Counted from the stretch's first letter, positions 25,575 through 40,095 are shown. The stretch: 64,000 bases of DNA from Octopus sinensis (GCF_006345805.1 NC_042999.1:153636001-153700000), one strand, 5' to 3'. A program made the numbers and translations. The notes: a model not told the origin generated them from the sequence alone.

Positions 25575-26230
25575 GTGTGTGTGCGTGTATGTGTGTGTGT
25601 GTGTGTATGACATACATCACTACCACAACAACCATCATCACCGCTGCAACACTAACTCTTGGAGCTTGTGTGCCTTTAACGGGGTCCATTTCAGGGGCAA
25701 CTAATTGGACTAAGTATCTGTTTCAGCATAAGACCCTTCTCACTTTCCATTAGGCCCTAAAATAAAATCATGCTTTCTGCCCTTATTATTCAGCTGACTA
25801 CTCGTTTCCACTCACCAGTTACAGAGCTTCTAAAAAGTGCCACCATAGGCGTTTCTCTTCCTCTTCTCGCTGTGCAATTATAAAAACATCATCAACTACA
25901 AACCAACAGCAACAACAATAACTTTAGTATGAATGCTAGTGTTACATTACAACTTACAAGTTACAATCACTAAAATTGTGTCCTTAAACACTTATACGAA
26001 CCTAAAACTAACGCCTCAGACATTAAAACCGCCGATAAAACAATAAATGAATAAAAAAACATACTAAAAACAGCCTAAAAAAAATTTACTCTAAGAAATC
26101 CAAGATTTCATTCCGTTAGCTGAGACTGTTGTGAGCACACACCAGCAGTGGCAATAGCAACAAAGTTGCGGCAATAATATTCGCTGTCCAAATTCTTAAA
26201 CGTGTTCAAACGTTATTATTATTATTATTA

Positions 26231-26264
<34 letters not shown>

Positions 26265-26312
26265 GAGTGTGTGTGTTCGTATGTGTAAGGCCTCGTAATA
26301 AAAGCTTCTACG

Positions 26313-26429
26313 ATGTTCAATTTTGGGAGTAACTTCTCATTTTATCCTGTTCCACTGGTTGTTTGGCTGACTGTTATAACATCCCTTCAAGAAATCACTC
26401 AGGCAACTGAAGATTTACAATTTCTTAAG
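26313..26429 (+). CDS. Putative first coding exon with signal peptide
   Basis: MFNFGSNFSFYPVPLVVWLTVITSLQEITQA/TEDLQFLK, 39 codons, then strong donor AAG|GTGAGA (phase 0). Confidence 0.55.
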
Positions 26430-26478
26430 GTGAGATACATTTTAATTATATCCATTTGTGACATATATGTATGTATAC

Positions 26479-26536
<58 letters not shown>

Positions 26537-26758
26537 GTAACCGTTAGTCCACGTTTTTCTCTTTTTTTCCTTTCTCTGTCCAATGTTTTCTTTCCTCATT
26601 TTTTTGTAGAAGAGCATAGGCTCGAAACGACGAAACACTCTTGTATTTTCCCGAGCCATTAGACTAATACGCCTTGTTTGTTGTCCCCTCACTTGTCACT
26701 GTCTTTTTTTTTCTACGATTCTGAACTATCTGTCTGTCTATGTATGTATGTATGTATG

Positions 26759-26789
<31 letters not shown>

Positions 26790-26859
26790 GTATGTATGTA
26801 TCTATCTATCTATCTATCTATCTATCTACATATATATATATATATATAATATATATATG

Positions 26860-26896
<37 letters not shown>

Positions 26897-26954
26897 GTAT
26901 ATAATATATATATATAATATATATATATATATATAATATATATATATATATATG

Positions 26955-27334
26955 TTCCCTCTGTGTTCAGCCCTGTGTGGCTAATCTATCTATCTATCTA
27001 TCTATCTATCTATTATTTTTTCTTTTTCCCCACGATCCCTTTTGATCGGAATTCGCCCTCATTCTTTTTTTTCTTATTTTTTTTTTTCTTTTCACGACCC
27101 CTTGTGATCGGAATTCGCGCCCTTTTTTCCTCCCCTTCTCTTCTTCCCCAAAAGAAAAGCTCTACTTTGTATTTCATCCCTTCTGTGTTTAGCCCTGCGT
27201 GGCCAATAAATAAATCTATTTATCTATCTTTCTATGTTTCTATCTATCTATTTATCTATCTATCTATCTTTATATCTATCTATCTACCTTTATATCTATC
27301 TATCTATCAATTTATCTATCTATCTGTCCGTCTG

Positions 27335-27368
<34 letters not shown>

Positions 27369-27503
27369 AATATCTATTTCTCTAGCTGTCTGTCTGTCTG
27401 TCAATCTATTTATCAAAATATCTATCTATCTATTTATCTATCTGTCTATTTATTTATTTATCTAACTATCTATCTGTAAGTCTGTCTGACTGTCCATGCA
27501 GCC

Positions 27504-27599
<96 letters not shown>

Positions 27600-28400
27600 C
27601 GAGGTTACCGTGGTATTTTCCGTAGGTTTTCTTCCCACGGATACACCTTATCTGCTTCCCCCTTTACACCTTACATCATGACACTGTGATACACGAACCC
27701 TATTGATCGTTTTTTTTTCCGTTCCATTTCTTTCGTTTCTTTCCCTTTTTTTCTTTTTTGTTTCTTTCCCTTTTACGATCCCTTTTAATCGAAAACTTAC
27801 CCCACCTTTTTTTTCCCCAAAAAAAGAAAAGCCCTACTTTGTAATCTGTTCCGTCTTTGTGCAGCTCTGTGTGGCTTATAAAGAAACATATTTATGTATC
27901 TAATCTATCTTTGTCTGTCTATGCATCTATCTGTATATCTATCTGCCTTTCTGCCTGTCTCTGTCTTTTTATTTCGCTATCTATATTTATATGCCCATAC
28001 ATATTTGTGTGTGTGTGTGTGTGTGTACGCGTCTGTCCAGTAATAAGTATGTTGAGGATCAAATTATGCATGTCAATATGTGTACGTCGGATGCGTTAAT
28101 CTGTGTACATATTCATACTTGTGTCTACAAGTGTATATATGTGTGTATGCATGCGTGTATGCTTATGAACTTGTGCGTACGTTTGATAATAGAAGGGACA
28201 TCTTTGCGTATTCTTGTATATGAGCATACATCGCGTTGTTGTTCTTATTGTTATTGTTTTTTTTCTTTTTTCTTTCTTGTTTAGGATCCCTTTTGATCGA
28301 TAATCTACCCCCCCCCCCTTTTTTTCTCCCCAAAAGGAAAAGCTCTACTTTGTAATTTGTCCCCTCTGTGTTCAGCCCTGTGTGGCTAATAAAGACACAT
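26955..28400 (+). mobile_element. Cluster of four 5'-truncated Tx1-like 3'-UTR copies (~26955-26985, 27010-27212, 27600-27895, 28283-28400) among TATC repeats
   Basis: Each matches part of 640-898 (gatcccttttgatcg, aaagctctactttgta, ccctctgtgttcagccctgtgtggctaataaag). Confidence 0.85.
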
Positions 28401-28514
28401 ATTGTAGTTTAGCCTTTGTTAGCTCACTACTCCTTCAAAGCTGAGATCTACAAAACTAGCACCCATGTTCGCATCTGAGATGTTTTACTGTAATCTAAGG
28501 ACCATATGCTAGTT

Positions 28515-28815
28515 ATGTTTGTTCCTTCTCGAGCCATGCTTGGCTCATAAGGGCCGGTTTCCCGGTTTCTTGGCGTATAGGTTCCCCACCTGGACGGGAC
28601 GCTGGTTGGTCGCAGGTGAGCTGCAAGATGCAAGAGGAAAGAGTGAGAGAAAGTCGTGGCGAAAAAGTCAGCAGAAGTTCGCCATTACCTTCTGCCGGAG
28701 CCGCGTGGAGCTTAGGTGTTCCGCTCATAAACACACTCATCACCCGGTCTGAGATTCGAACCGGCGAGTCCTCGACTGCGAGTCCGCTGCTCTAACCACT
28801 AGGCCATGTGCCTCC
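28515..28815 (-). mobile_element. tRNA-derived SINE family 3 variant
   Basis: Head ggcacatggcctagtggttagagcagcggactcgcag...ggttcgaatc. Confidence 0.8.
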
Positions 28816-28979
28816 AGGCCCATATGCTAGATATTTCAATGGAAAACCTTTCGTCATATATATTTGCTGTGTGTGATGTGTGTGTTTTGAATTATATTGT
28901 ATGTGCAATGTGTGTGTGTGTGTGTGTGTATATTCGTGTGAAATATAATATTTTACACATTGTATGCTTATAATTCGGT

Positions 28980-29082
28980 CGATCTATCCGTGTGTGTATG
29001 TATGTATGTATGCATGTATGTATATGCGCGTGCGTGTGTTTATATGTATGTATGCTTGAATGCATGCATGCCCGCATGTATA

Positions 29083-29118
<36 letters not shown>

Positions 29119-29334
29119 TGTATGTATGTATGTATGTATGAATGTATGTATGTATGTATGTATGTATGTATGTATGTATGTGTGTGTGTATGTATGTATG
29201 TATGTATGTATGTATGTGTGTGTGTATGTATGTATGTACGTATGTATATATGCATGTATGTATGTATGTATGTATGTATGTATGTATGCATGTATGTATG
29301 TATGTATGTATGTATGTATGTATGCATGTATGTA

Positions 29335-29365
<31 letters not shown>

Positions 29366-29640
29366 ATGCATGTATGTAGTATTATGTATGTATATGTATG
29401 TATGTATTATGTATGTATGTATGCATGTATGTATGTATGTATGTATGTATGTATGTATGTATGTATGTATGTATGTATGCATGTATGTATGAAGTATGTA
29501 TGTATGTATGTATGTATGTATGTATGTATGTATGTTATGTATGTATGTATGTATGTATGTATGCATGTATGTATGTATGTATGTATGTATGTATGTATGT
29601 ATGCATGTATGTATGAATGTATGCATGTATGTATGTATGT
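28980..29640. repeat. Long (TATG)n microsatellite
   Basis: Direct reading. Confidence 0.95.
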
Positions 29641-30204
29641 TGCGTGTTTGTATGCGTGTTTGTATGTAAGTGTGTATGTAGGTATGTATGCTTACATGTA
29701 TGTATGCAGCTATGTATGTATGTGTTTGTATGCATGTATATATGCTTGCAAGCATGTATGCATTCATATGTATGTACACGCACGCACACACTCACACACA
29801 CACACATAAACACATGCACGTACAAGATATAAAAAAGAATGGAGTATTATATATCCTGAGAAACTGTTAGTACAGAATTATTCTAAGAATATTCATATTC
29901 AGTTCTACGTGAATGTTCAGTGTTGTGTTATACATTTTTGGGCGATGTATAATTCTCCCTTCTTTTGTATGATGCCTTGAGTATATACACCGTATTCTGT
30001 ATAAAATCCGTGGAAGCGAACACAGGCTCCCCCTGTGGGGTGAAGTATCGAGTAATTGTTTACTTTAAACAATTTTATGTGTTCTCTACAGTAGCGTAGC
30101 TAAACGTGGAGCAACCGCTCCAGCGAGCAGATTTTTTCGAAATTACCGCCTTTTCGGCATTAGTTTGAAGACTGTAGATACCTATATCGGTAGTTGTAAG
30201 TTCC

Positions 30205-30632
30205 TTTCTACTGGAAGCACAAGCCCTCAAATTTGGGGGAAGGGATTAAATCAATTACATCGACCCAGTACGTAACTGGTACATGTTTAATCGACTCCAA
30301 AAGGATGAAAAACAAAGTCGACCTCGGCGGAATTTGAACGCAGATCGTAAAGACAGACGAAATACTGCTAAGCATTTCGCCCGGAGTGCTAACGTATCTT
30401 ATTTCTTTACTGACCGCAAGGGGCTAAACATAGAGGGGACAAACAAGGACAGATAAACGGATTAAGTCGATTACATCGACCCCAGTGCGTAACGGGTACT
30501 TAATTTATCGACCTCGAAAGGATGAAAGGCAAAGTTGACCTCGGCGGAATTTGAACGCAGAACGTAAAGACAGACGAAACACCGCTAAGTATTTCGCCCG
30601 GAGTGCTAACGTTTCTGCTGCTCGCCGCCTTA
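30205..30632 (-). mobile_element. SINE family 2 dimer (tail-A unit then tail-B unit)
   Basis: Two cores; junction aaagaaata-agatacgttagc. Confidence 0.85.
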
Positions 30633-31269
30633 GTTCAATTCATAATGACATTGTTACAGAAACATAAAATTAATGAATGTAAATGACAATTACGTGTATT
30701 ATAATTAATGAAATAATTCGCATAATAAAAGAGAACTGAGTTAAAACTTGGAAATATTAATATTTCTAAATCTCTCTAAAGAGACTACGGCAGCGGTGCT
30801 GGATATTAATAGCTATCGCCAAGCTAACACGGCAGTCCAGATATATAGGACGAATGCTGCCGTTGATTAGCTCCAATATGCCATCGCCTTTAGCTAGTTA
30901 TGTGAGTTAAAAATTGTTTGGTAGGTATCATGACATCTTTTTTATGTTCTCGCTCTTTCTGGTTTTAGAACCTGACTATACAGACATAGATAATCAAAAT
31001 TTTGCTGTACAAATTGAAATTTTATTTCCCGAAAAATTTAATTAAAGGTGCGGAATTCTCCACCCTTTATTATGTCTAATATATAATGGAATTTTACACG
31101 AAATCCTTCGAAGCGAACCCAGAATTTATCAATCGGAAGGTGTATAATTATAACTGTTTATTCTACAAGATTTCAAAGATTTCCTAAAATTCTATATGGT
31201 TAGCCAGGTCTGGATTTTAACAGAGTGTTTGTAAGTTATCTACCGGGATTCAAAATCTATATTGCTTTG

Positions 31270-31309
<40 letters not shown>

Positions 31310-31687
31310 CACACACACACACACATACACACTCACACACACACCAAAAACGTGCTGTTTCTGGGGGCTTAGTGATCTAAAAATAATGATTATAATTTGA
31401 TACCATCATCGGGTAATACCAACCCCCGTCGTTAGGGAAGAATTTTACACCTTAAATGTAAAATTCTTCCCTGAAGACGGAGGCTGGTATTATCATTTCT
31501 ATTCTGTGTAAATCGGACCTTCTTATATGTAAAGATATGTACATTTTAAAAATTAAATATAATTATTATTCTTTGTATATCGACTTGCCTAACTTGCGTA
31601 TTCTTAGATTTACTCCTCTACCTGCTCAAGTTTAAATATCTTGAGCACTGCGAATTGTATTCTATACGGAGAACATCTGTCTCTCAT

Positions 31688-31830
<143 letters not shown>

Positions 31831-31849
31831 TATATATATATCCCTAAAT

Positions 31850-32090
31850 GCCTGAGAGACTTACATGGTGTGGATGTGGGTTTCTTTAAAACTAAACTGG
31901 ATCTCTTCTTGTCGGGAGTCCCAGATGAACCTACCTCACGACAGGAGACGAAGATGCGGGCAGCAGCATCGAACTACCTTGTTGATCAAGTGCCACGTAT
32001 CAGAGGTGGATTCGCAAATTAGCGTAGCTCATTCAGCGGTGGTGCCCCAGCATGGCCGCGACCTTCGGGCTAAAACATTTTTAAGGATTT
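31850..32090 (+). mobile_element. CR1-group LINE 3' end
   Basis: DLHGVDVGFFKLKLDLFLSGVPDEP; tail ggtggtgccccagcatggccgc. Confidence 0.85.
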
Positions 32091-32119
32091 AAGGATATAT
32101 ATATATATATATAATATAC

Positions 32120-32284
<165 letters not shown>

Positions 32285-32439
32285 TGAGTTCTCTATATTC
32301 TGACAGTCAACACTAAACGAAATTATTGAAATGAATAATGTAATTTGGACATGATGTTTAAATCGGCAGTAAGGGAGTCTCTAAAGTTTTGGACCGCTTC
32401 TCCGCTTTGAGAGATCAAACCTCTGGTACTATGGACAAA

Positions 32440-32660
32440 TCAGAAGGCGGATTCCACAAGCTGAGCGAACAGGCAGGAGACCAAGGGGTAGACCAAGAAC
32501 GAGATGGCTGGATATAATCCATAGTTTCTGTTGGTCACGTTTGGGGGAAATCTAATGACGGTTGTTTCTGATAGGACCCTATGGAGGAGATGCCTGAAAA
32601 CGCTACCCCAACGACCCTTCCCCGGACTAGTGAGCAAAGAAGATGGATGGACGGGATTTA
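32440..32660 (+). mobile_element. RTE-clade LINE 3' fragment
   Basis: RRPRGRPRTRWLD...SDRTLWRRCLKTLPQRP. Confidence 0.65.
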
Positions 32661-33174
32661 AATACATCGATGAACTCTGCTTACCCACGGGCCTATTTAC
32701 GATTTGGTATATTTTTGCTTCAGACAGAACACATTGGTGCTCGTCACAGAATTCAGAAATTAATGGCGATCCCAGATCTTATCAATTAGGTCACATGTAA
32801 CCCGATCTAAACTGGGATTTTATAGTTAAATGGAATTGAGAATTACAAACGTATCTGCATTTCCCAAGGCACCAACTTGCAGGTCAACGCTGCAGTAATT
32901 TTTCGTTCTTTCCAAAATTTAATCTCTGTTTCTTTCGACGCCTCAGAGTTGTTATTCTGGTCCGTGCTGTTGGTGTTTGTTATTGTTGTTGTCATCGTAG
33001 TTGTTGTTGTGGCTGCTGTGTTTCATATTTCTTTGCATCGTTTTCATTTAACAACAACATATTTTATTTCAAGTGGCCAATAATTATTACTCGCCAAAAC
33101 AAAACGTAACAACACTTTACTCGAAACGAGGTAGCGACGGCGGGCAGAGGGAAGAACAACTGCAAACAGAATAA

Positions 33175-33185
33175 TAATGACAATG

Positions 33186-33275
<90 letters not shown>

Positions 33276-33371
33276 TGACAATGATAATAATAATAATAAT
33301 ATAATAGTAATAATAATAATAATAGCAATAATAATAATGATAATAATAATAATAGTAATAATAATAATAAC

Positions 33372-33426
<55 letters not shown>

Positions 33427-33440
33427 GTAATATAATAATA

Positions 33441-33482
<42 letters not shown>

Positions 33483-33524
33483 TAATAATAATAGTAATAA
33501 TAATAATATAATAATAATAATAAT

Positions 33525-33584
<60 letters not shown>

Positions 33585-33585
33585 T
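33175..33585. repeat. (TAA)n microsatellite
   Basis: Direct reading. Confidence 0.95.
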
Positions 33586-33986
33586 GTAAGTAAATATATT
33601 AACAAAAGAAAACTGAAAGGCCAAACGGAAGTCAGCTTTATGAAATCCAGATTGTTATTTAAATCTGAATGGGTTTGTATTCTGTTGTTACGTAACTCTA
33701 TTCTTTATTGGGGGTCTTTGTTTAACTATGTACACCAGCAACCCCCCACCCAGATTTTTTCTCTATCTCTTTCTCCCTCTCCCTCTCCCTCTCATTCACT
33801 TTTTTCTCTCTCAACGTTTTCTTTTTGCTCTTACTCTATATATATATCTCTTTCTCTCCGTCTCTTTTGTATGATGTTTCTATTACGTCTTAAGTTGCAT
33901 CGTTCTTCGTCGCCGCCGTTGATCTTTTAATGGCGGTTGTTGAAGTTTTTAGTGTGCGAGTACACGAACTGTTTTCTCCTTTTTAC

Positions 33987-34035
<49 letters not shown>

Positions 34036-34184
34036 TTATGAAAGACGTTAAAAAACTCGGTTAGCATCTCATCTGAGACCACTTAGAGACAAATAACGGA
34101 AGCATAAATAATAATGCCACAAACATTTCACAGTTACACCAACAGGTTCTGGTTTCAAGTTATGCATTATTGTTGCGGCTGTTG

Positions 34185-34212
34185 ACGATGGTGATGATGA
34201 AGATGATGATGG

Positions 34213-34257
<45 letters not shown>

Positions 34258-34583
34258 CGACGACGATGATGGTAACAATGATGGTGGTGGTGGTGGTGGT
34301 GATGATGATGATGATGATGATGATGATGACGACGACGATGATGGTGACAATGATGGTAGTGGTGGTGGTGGTGGTGGTGGTGGTGGTGGTGATGATGATG
34401 ATGATGATGATGATAGTAGTGATGGTGGTGGTGGTGGGTATGATGATTACGACCACCACCACTATGATGTGGATAATGATGATGATGAAGACAGCGTCGA
34501 TGACACCGCCGATTATGGCGATAATGATGACAATGATAATAATGATCGTAACGACGGACGACGACGACGACAACGACGATGAC

Positions 34584-34616
<33 letters not shown>

Positions 34617-34620
34617 AGTG
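34185..34620. repeat. Compound (GAT)n/(GGT)n/(GAC)n trinucleotide repeat
   Basis: Direct reading. Confidence 0.9.
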
Positions 34621-35059
34621 TACAAGTATTTGTTACTGTTCTTTTGTTTATAAACAGTAGGATACTGAAGCTACAGTGGGAGCCATACATTGATCCGGTT
34701 TCGATTCTTTAGTAGGGAACAAAGTTATTTTACACCATTAGTCAAGAACATCATTTTGTTCAGCAAGCTTAACAATACCACCCTATTTAACGCCATCTCA
34801 TAGTTCTTGGGTAACTAGATCCACCCGGGTTTTCTCATCAACGCTTTTTCCCTAAAGACATTCATTTGCACATGTTTGTATTGCACACATATAGGCTATG
34901 TCATACAGGGTACGTCATAAAGAGTACGTCTGTCTCATCAGTTTGAATATATGGTCTGCCAATGCCATGATTGCTCTAACAAAAAGAAGAAAACCATCTC
35001 ACACAATACCATGATTTTGTCCTTTCTTTCAGATACACTCTTCAATATCAAGATAAAAA

Positions 35060-35450
35060 AGGCGGCGAGCTGGCAAAATCGTTAGCACTCCGGGCGAAAT
35101 GCGTAGCCGTATTTCGTCTGCCGTTACGTTCTGAGTTCAAATTCCGATGAGGTCGACTTTGCCTTTCATCCTTTCTGGGTCGATTAAATAAGTACCAGTT
35201 ACGTACTGGGATTGATATAATCGACTTAACCCGTTTGTCTGTCCTTGTTTGTCCTCTGTGTTTAGCCCCTTCTGGGCAGTAAAAAAATAGGTATTTCGTG
35301 TCTTTACGTTGAAATTCCGCCGAGGTCGAGTTTGCCTTTCATCCATACGGGGTCGATAAGTTATGTACCAACTACGTAGTGGGATCGATCTAATCGACTG
35401 GCCTCCTCCCCAAAAATTTCGGGCCTTGCGCCTAGAAAAGAATATCTACT
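35060..35450 (+). mobile_element. SINE family 2 dimer (tail-A then tail-B)
   Basis: Junction aaaaaata-ggt-atttcg. Confidence 0.85.
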
Positions 35451-35745
35451 CTCCAAAACTTCGTTTTCACGATCATTTGGAGCTGTCTCTTATTTCATGC
35501 GGTGTCCCTCCCAATAGGTTAGAGCCCCTGGCTGCTAATCGGAAGGCATGGAGGTCCGAGTCTCACACTTGAGTAGAACGCTTTGAAACCGAACGTAGGA
35601 GACTTCATCAAGAGAGGAGGAGGCGTTGTCATCAACCCTCCTACGTCTGTTATTCGGGGTTACTTTCGGTGCTTTCGTATCGGTTTTATCAGTCAAGTGC
35701 GCTCCAATGAGAAACAATTTGCTGGAGATGGAGGCGGATTAATGT
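35450..35745 (+). mobile_element. RTE (BovB-like) 3' fragment
   Basis: KLRFHDHLELSL...LAANRKAWRS...ERFETERRR...RIGFIS. Confidence 0.6.
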
Positions 35746-35899
35746 CTTAGATTAACGCTGACATCACCTGTGATGAGCTGTCATAAGCAAGCTAAGCTAA
35801 GCTAGTACCTACACAACAATAAATTGTTATTGATTGAATCCTATCGACTAGGAACTAATTTAACAAAGACAGGATCAGAATTTAGAACTAGATATAGCA

Positions 35900-38700
35900 G
35901 CGTGTACAGTTTTTACTGTTATTTATCCATCTCATCTCTCTATCGTTTCATGTTTTCTCTGAATACATGAACCTTCCCACCTTGGTCTCCATTTTCTGCA
36001 TCACCGTTTGGTCCACGTGTGCTTTTTATCCTCTATCTTCTTTCCATACAGTGTACTTTTCTCGCTGTCGGTAGTATTGTCGATTCTGCATTTCACATAG
36101 TTAGTCCTTAACGCTTATTCTTGAGCTGCGCATATAAGTGCTTCTGTCTCTAACTTCAGATCACTCCTCCTCAACCATAGTCACTGGTCTACTGTAACAT
36201 GTCTTGGAGTTCGAATCTTTTGCAAACTGACCGCACCGTTTTTTTCCATTCTGTTGCCTTTTTTAAGTCTTTTTCCTCTTTAAGTTTTTCTTTCTTTACA
36301 CAATTATCAGTTTTAATGGCACTGGCCTTCTCCACATGTTTCAACAATGGTTCCGCTGCATTTTTTACATACCACCCTGAGCTGATTTCCTCTGTTTAGA
36401 TACAATACTGGCAACTGATGAAACTTCTCTCACTATTTCTTCTGGATAACTACATCCTATCGGTGTCACTCATAGGATTGAAGGCTCTGTGCAGTCAACA
36501 TTTTTCTTGTCTTCATATTCATGTTCATCAGTTCTTTCTTTTTCTATTTTATGATTCCAGTTCCATGCCTTAGTGATGCTATCACCTATGTATTAACTGT
36601 TTGGATTTTATTCCGTCCGGTCAATTTTGAGTGCAACACCAGTCTTAGTCTCTGGAAATATTCCATCCTCAGTTGCTCTTTCATTTCCTTCTCCATTACT
36701 TACCTTTTTTAATTCTAGTACACCAAGTTATTTGTACCATTCCGTTTCAATTTGCTTAATCAGTTCTCTATTCGGTAATTCTATCCACGCTAGGGACTTA
36801 CCTAGCCTCATTTCAGGTACATTATTCCACACTTCTTGAGTCCGAATTCCATTCTATTATCAGCACTAAAACAGTAGACCGTGTTCAACAAGGAACTCAC
36901 TGGTGCCTTATCCTTGCCATACAACTTCCAATCATCCATGAAGAGGAGGTGGTTGATTGTTTGAGATTGTTTGAGATTTTCACTTCAGCTGATAACCTAG
37001 GTTTATTTTCCTAAGTACTAAGGTCAGGTATATCATACAGAGAACAAAAAGTAACTGAGATAAGCTATCACTCTGGAAAATCGTTCTTCTAATACCCAGG
37101 GTGTCTAAGCTTTTTCCGTAGGATGTCAACTCAGTTCTCCAACCCACCATACTTCTCTTCAGGAAATGCGTTACATTTCTCGCAATTCCAATAATCATAT
37201 TATAAGCTTTGCAAGTCATTCCCAAATTTTTTCTCTTTTGTTTACAATCTAGCATTACCATTTTGTCTGTCATCAATTGATCTTTGGTACCTCTGCATTT
37301 CCTTCTACAGCCTTTAATTTCCAACGGTAATATATCGTTTTTATCAAGAAATTTGTAAGGTTCTTCTGCAATTCCTCCTGACAGTAATTTCCACATCAAT
37401 GGGAGGCAAGAAATTGGCCTGTAATTGTCAGCACCATGTCAATCAGCTCGGGATTTCTTCTAGATCAATGCATTCAATTGCTCTGCGATTAATCTATGAC
37501 ATCTACTTAATTTTTTATCCCAAATCCCTGTACACCATCAGGTCCTGTTGCTTTGTAATTGCCTATCTTTTTACTCATATTTCTGATACTGTCTTCTGTG
37601 AAGTGGATAGCCTCTTGCTGGGGATAAGAAGCTGTTTGCTTCAGGCTGCAGAACCATTCAACTGTTGTATTATGTTGTTCTTGCTTACTCCATATCTTAC
37701 CCACCAAAAGTCGACTTTCATCAGCATCAGTGATTAATCTTCTATGTTTTATATCATCATTAATCTCTTGGTAAAATCTTATTTGGTCGGATTTAACCAA
37801 TTTGCTTTGCCAATAGTGCTTAATCCGTTGTTCAAACCAAGTTAGCTTTGCTTTTTTGGCAAGTATGCGCTGCTTCAGTTCTTCAGTTCCAAATTCCAGG
37901 CCTTTCGTATCTACACCATATTTCTTCCTCACTTTTTCGAATTTGCGATCATTCTCCAATTCTCCATTTCTTTTCCTGATAAGTACTAACACTACCCTGC
38001 TCAAGGAGTTTATATCCTCTGAAATTCTCTTTTTCTACCAAGGTCGTTTATTTCCTCTTCTATCCGTCGATGTTCTGTTCTCAGTAGTTCTCAGTCCCAT
38101 CCTTTCTGCCACAATCTTAATTGCAGCCTCGATGAGATTATTTGTTTGTGTGACGCTCGTTGTTTCATCATTGACTTTACTCGTCTCTTGATTTAGTCTC
38201 CATTGGTTAACCTTCTTAAAGTCGCACGTAAATTCTGCCCCTTCTGTATTTAATAGGGGCAAAATCATGTTTATTATTAATTGGTCTTCATTGTTCGAGT
38301 AGTCACTGATCTCAATTCTTTCACAATTCTTGGTAGTATATTCTTGCGAACAATTGTCCATATCTTCCACTATACCATTTCCGTTTCTCGTATGCCCAAC
38401 ATCACCCGATATCTTTCTTTTAATTGCTTCCAGCTCCATTCCTGTTAACCATCCAATCATTCGTATGGCTCTTGCTTGGTCACATAATCTCTGCTCAATT
38501 AATCTCAAACAGATCTAATGCCTTCCATTTTCTGTGCATTCGTTTTCTGTACCCTCTGACATGCATGCCATTTGCCTCCGCTGTGATGCTTATTATTTTC
38601 ATAATCATCTTCTTTCTGTTCTGTTTCCATTTCTTGTCGAACGTCTTCCTGGAACCTAGGGCAGAGAAACGCACTGAATACATTGGTAGGCCATTAAAAT
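35900..38700 (-). mobile_element. Degenerate R4/Dong-like (RLE-type) non-LTR element, N-terminus plus RT
   Basis: YRKRMHRKW..EQRLCDQARAI...WLT; NYKATGPDGVQGF; [14 protein letters not shown]; [14 protein letters not shown]. Confidence 0.75.
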
Positions 38701-38849
38701 AAGCACACCAAGATTGTTCATTTACAAAGTCATGTGATAGAGAAAAGGGGGGGGGGGAGAAAACAGAGAGAAAAAGGAAAAAATAAAAAATATAAAAAGG
38801 AAACAAATAAAATATAGGGGAAAAGGGAAAGAAAATTCACAGCGATACT

Positions 38850-39136
38850 GCTCTTGCCAATGTGGATGATAAGGCAGGGATCATTCTTAAATAATTTTCA
38901 GTTCCTGTTTTGATCATTCCAAATGCTCCTACAATCATTAGTATTGTAACTATTTTGGGATGCCACACCTTTTCGATTTCTTTTAGCAAATCTTTATATT
39001 TTCTGAGCTAATCAAATGCTTTTGCCGAAATATTATGGTCACAGGGTATACTCATAATTCTAGTCACAGAGTATGCTTATAATATTTCGGCATTATTATT
39101 ATTATATTATTATTATTATTATATTATTATATTATT

Positions 39137-39228
<92 letters not shown>

Positions 39229-39675
39229 CATTATTATTATTCTATGTTTGACTTTTGCCTTACATTTGCACAAGCTGGCTCCAAGTCTCACCCAGAGACC
39301 TCAAGAGACAACAAGTTGGAAGTTCATGTTGGTGTTATGCCTAGGGTGCCAAATATTTGGTTTTGTACTTAGTGTTGTGCTAGTGAATGCCTAAAAAAAC
39401 CATACGAAAATTGTTTGTTTTAAAACTTGAGATTACAAAGAAAGTATTTTGCGTAGCATATGAGCAGTTCCCGTGAGCACTATCTTTTGAATTTCTGCCA
39501 TTTTGGGGTTTTCTGGTATCTGAGTTAGGTAGTAATCAGCCCCTTTCGCTATCATTCCCAGGGCACCTATGACAACAGGTATTGTTTTAGTCTTCAGGTT
39601 CCACATTTTGCTGATTTCTATTTCCAGATCTTTGTATTTGCTCAGTTTCTGGTATTATTATTATTATTATTATTA

Positions 39676-39740
<65 letters not shown>

Positions 39741-40095
39741 TAGTTTCATTTTTATAGCGTGCATTCACTTCACTACCGAGCGCAGCTCTGTGTGCCTTAG
39801 GTATGTGCTGTGATTTGTTGTGATGCTCTGATGGTTATTGTATGGAAAGTGTTCTGCGTAGGATGTGTGCAGTGCCTAGGAGTGCAATTTTCTGTATGTT
39901 ATATGTGTTTGTAAGTCCTGGTGTTTTTGTTATGTATTTGTCTGAATATTTTTTTATCATGCCTAATGCACCTACTATGATAGGAATTGTTTCTGTTTTT
40001 AGATTCCACATTCTGGTTACCTCTATTTCCAGGTCTTTGTATTTTGAGAGTTTCTCCATTTCTTTTAGAGACACGTTGTCATCTGCCGGTATTGA
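38850..40095 (-). mobile_element. Three R4/Dong-like RLE-domain/3'-end fragments (~38850-39050, 39240-39655, 39740-40095), the last two flanked by (TAA)n
   Basis: EKLSKYKDLEIEVTRMWNLKTETIPIIVGALG...IQKIALLGTAHILRR; two different 3' UTRs. Confidence 0.8.
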
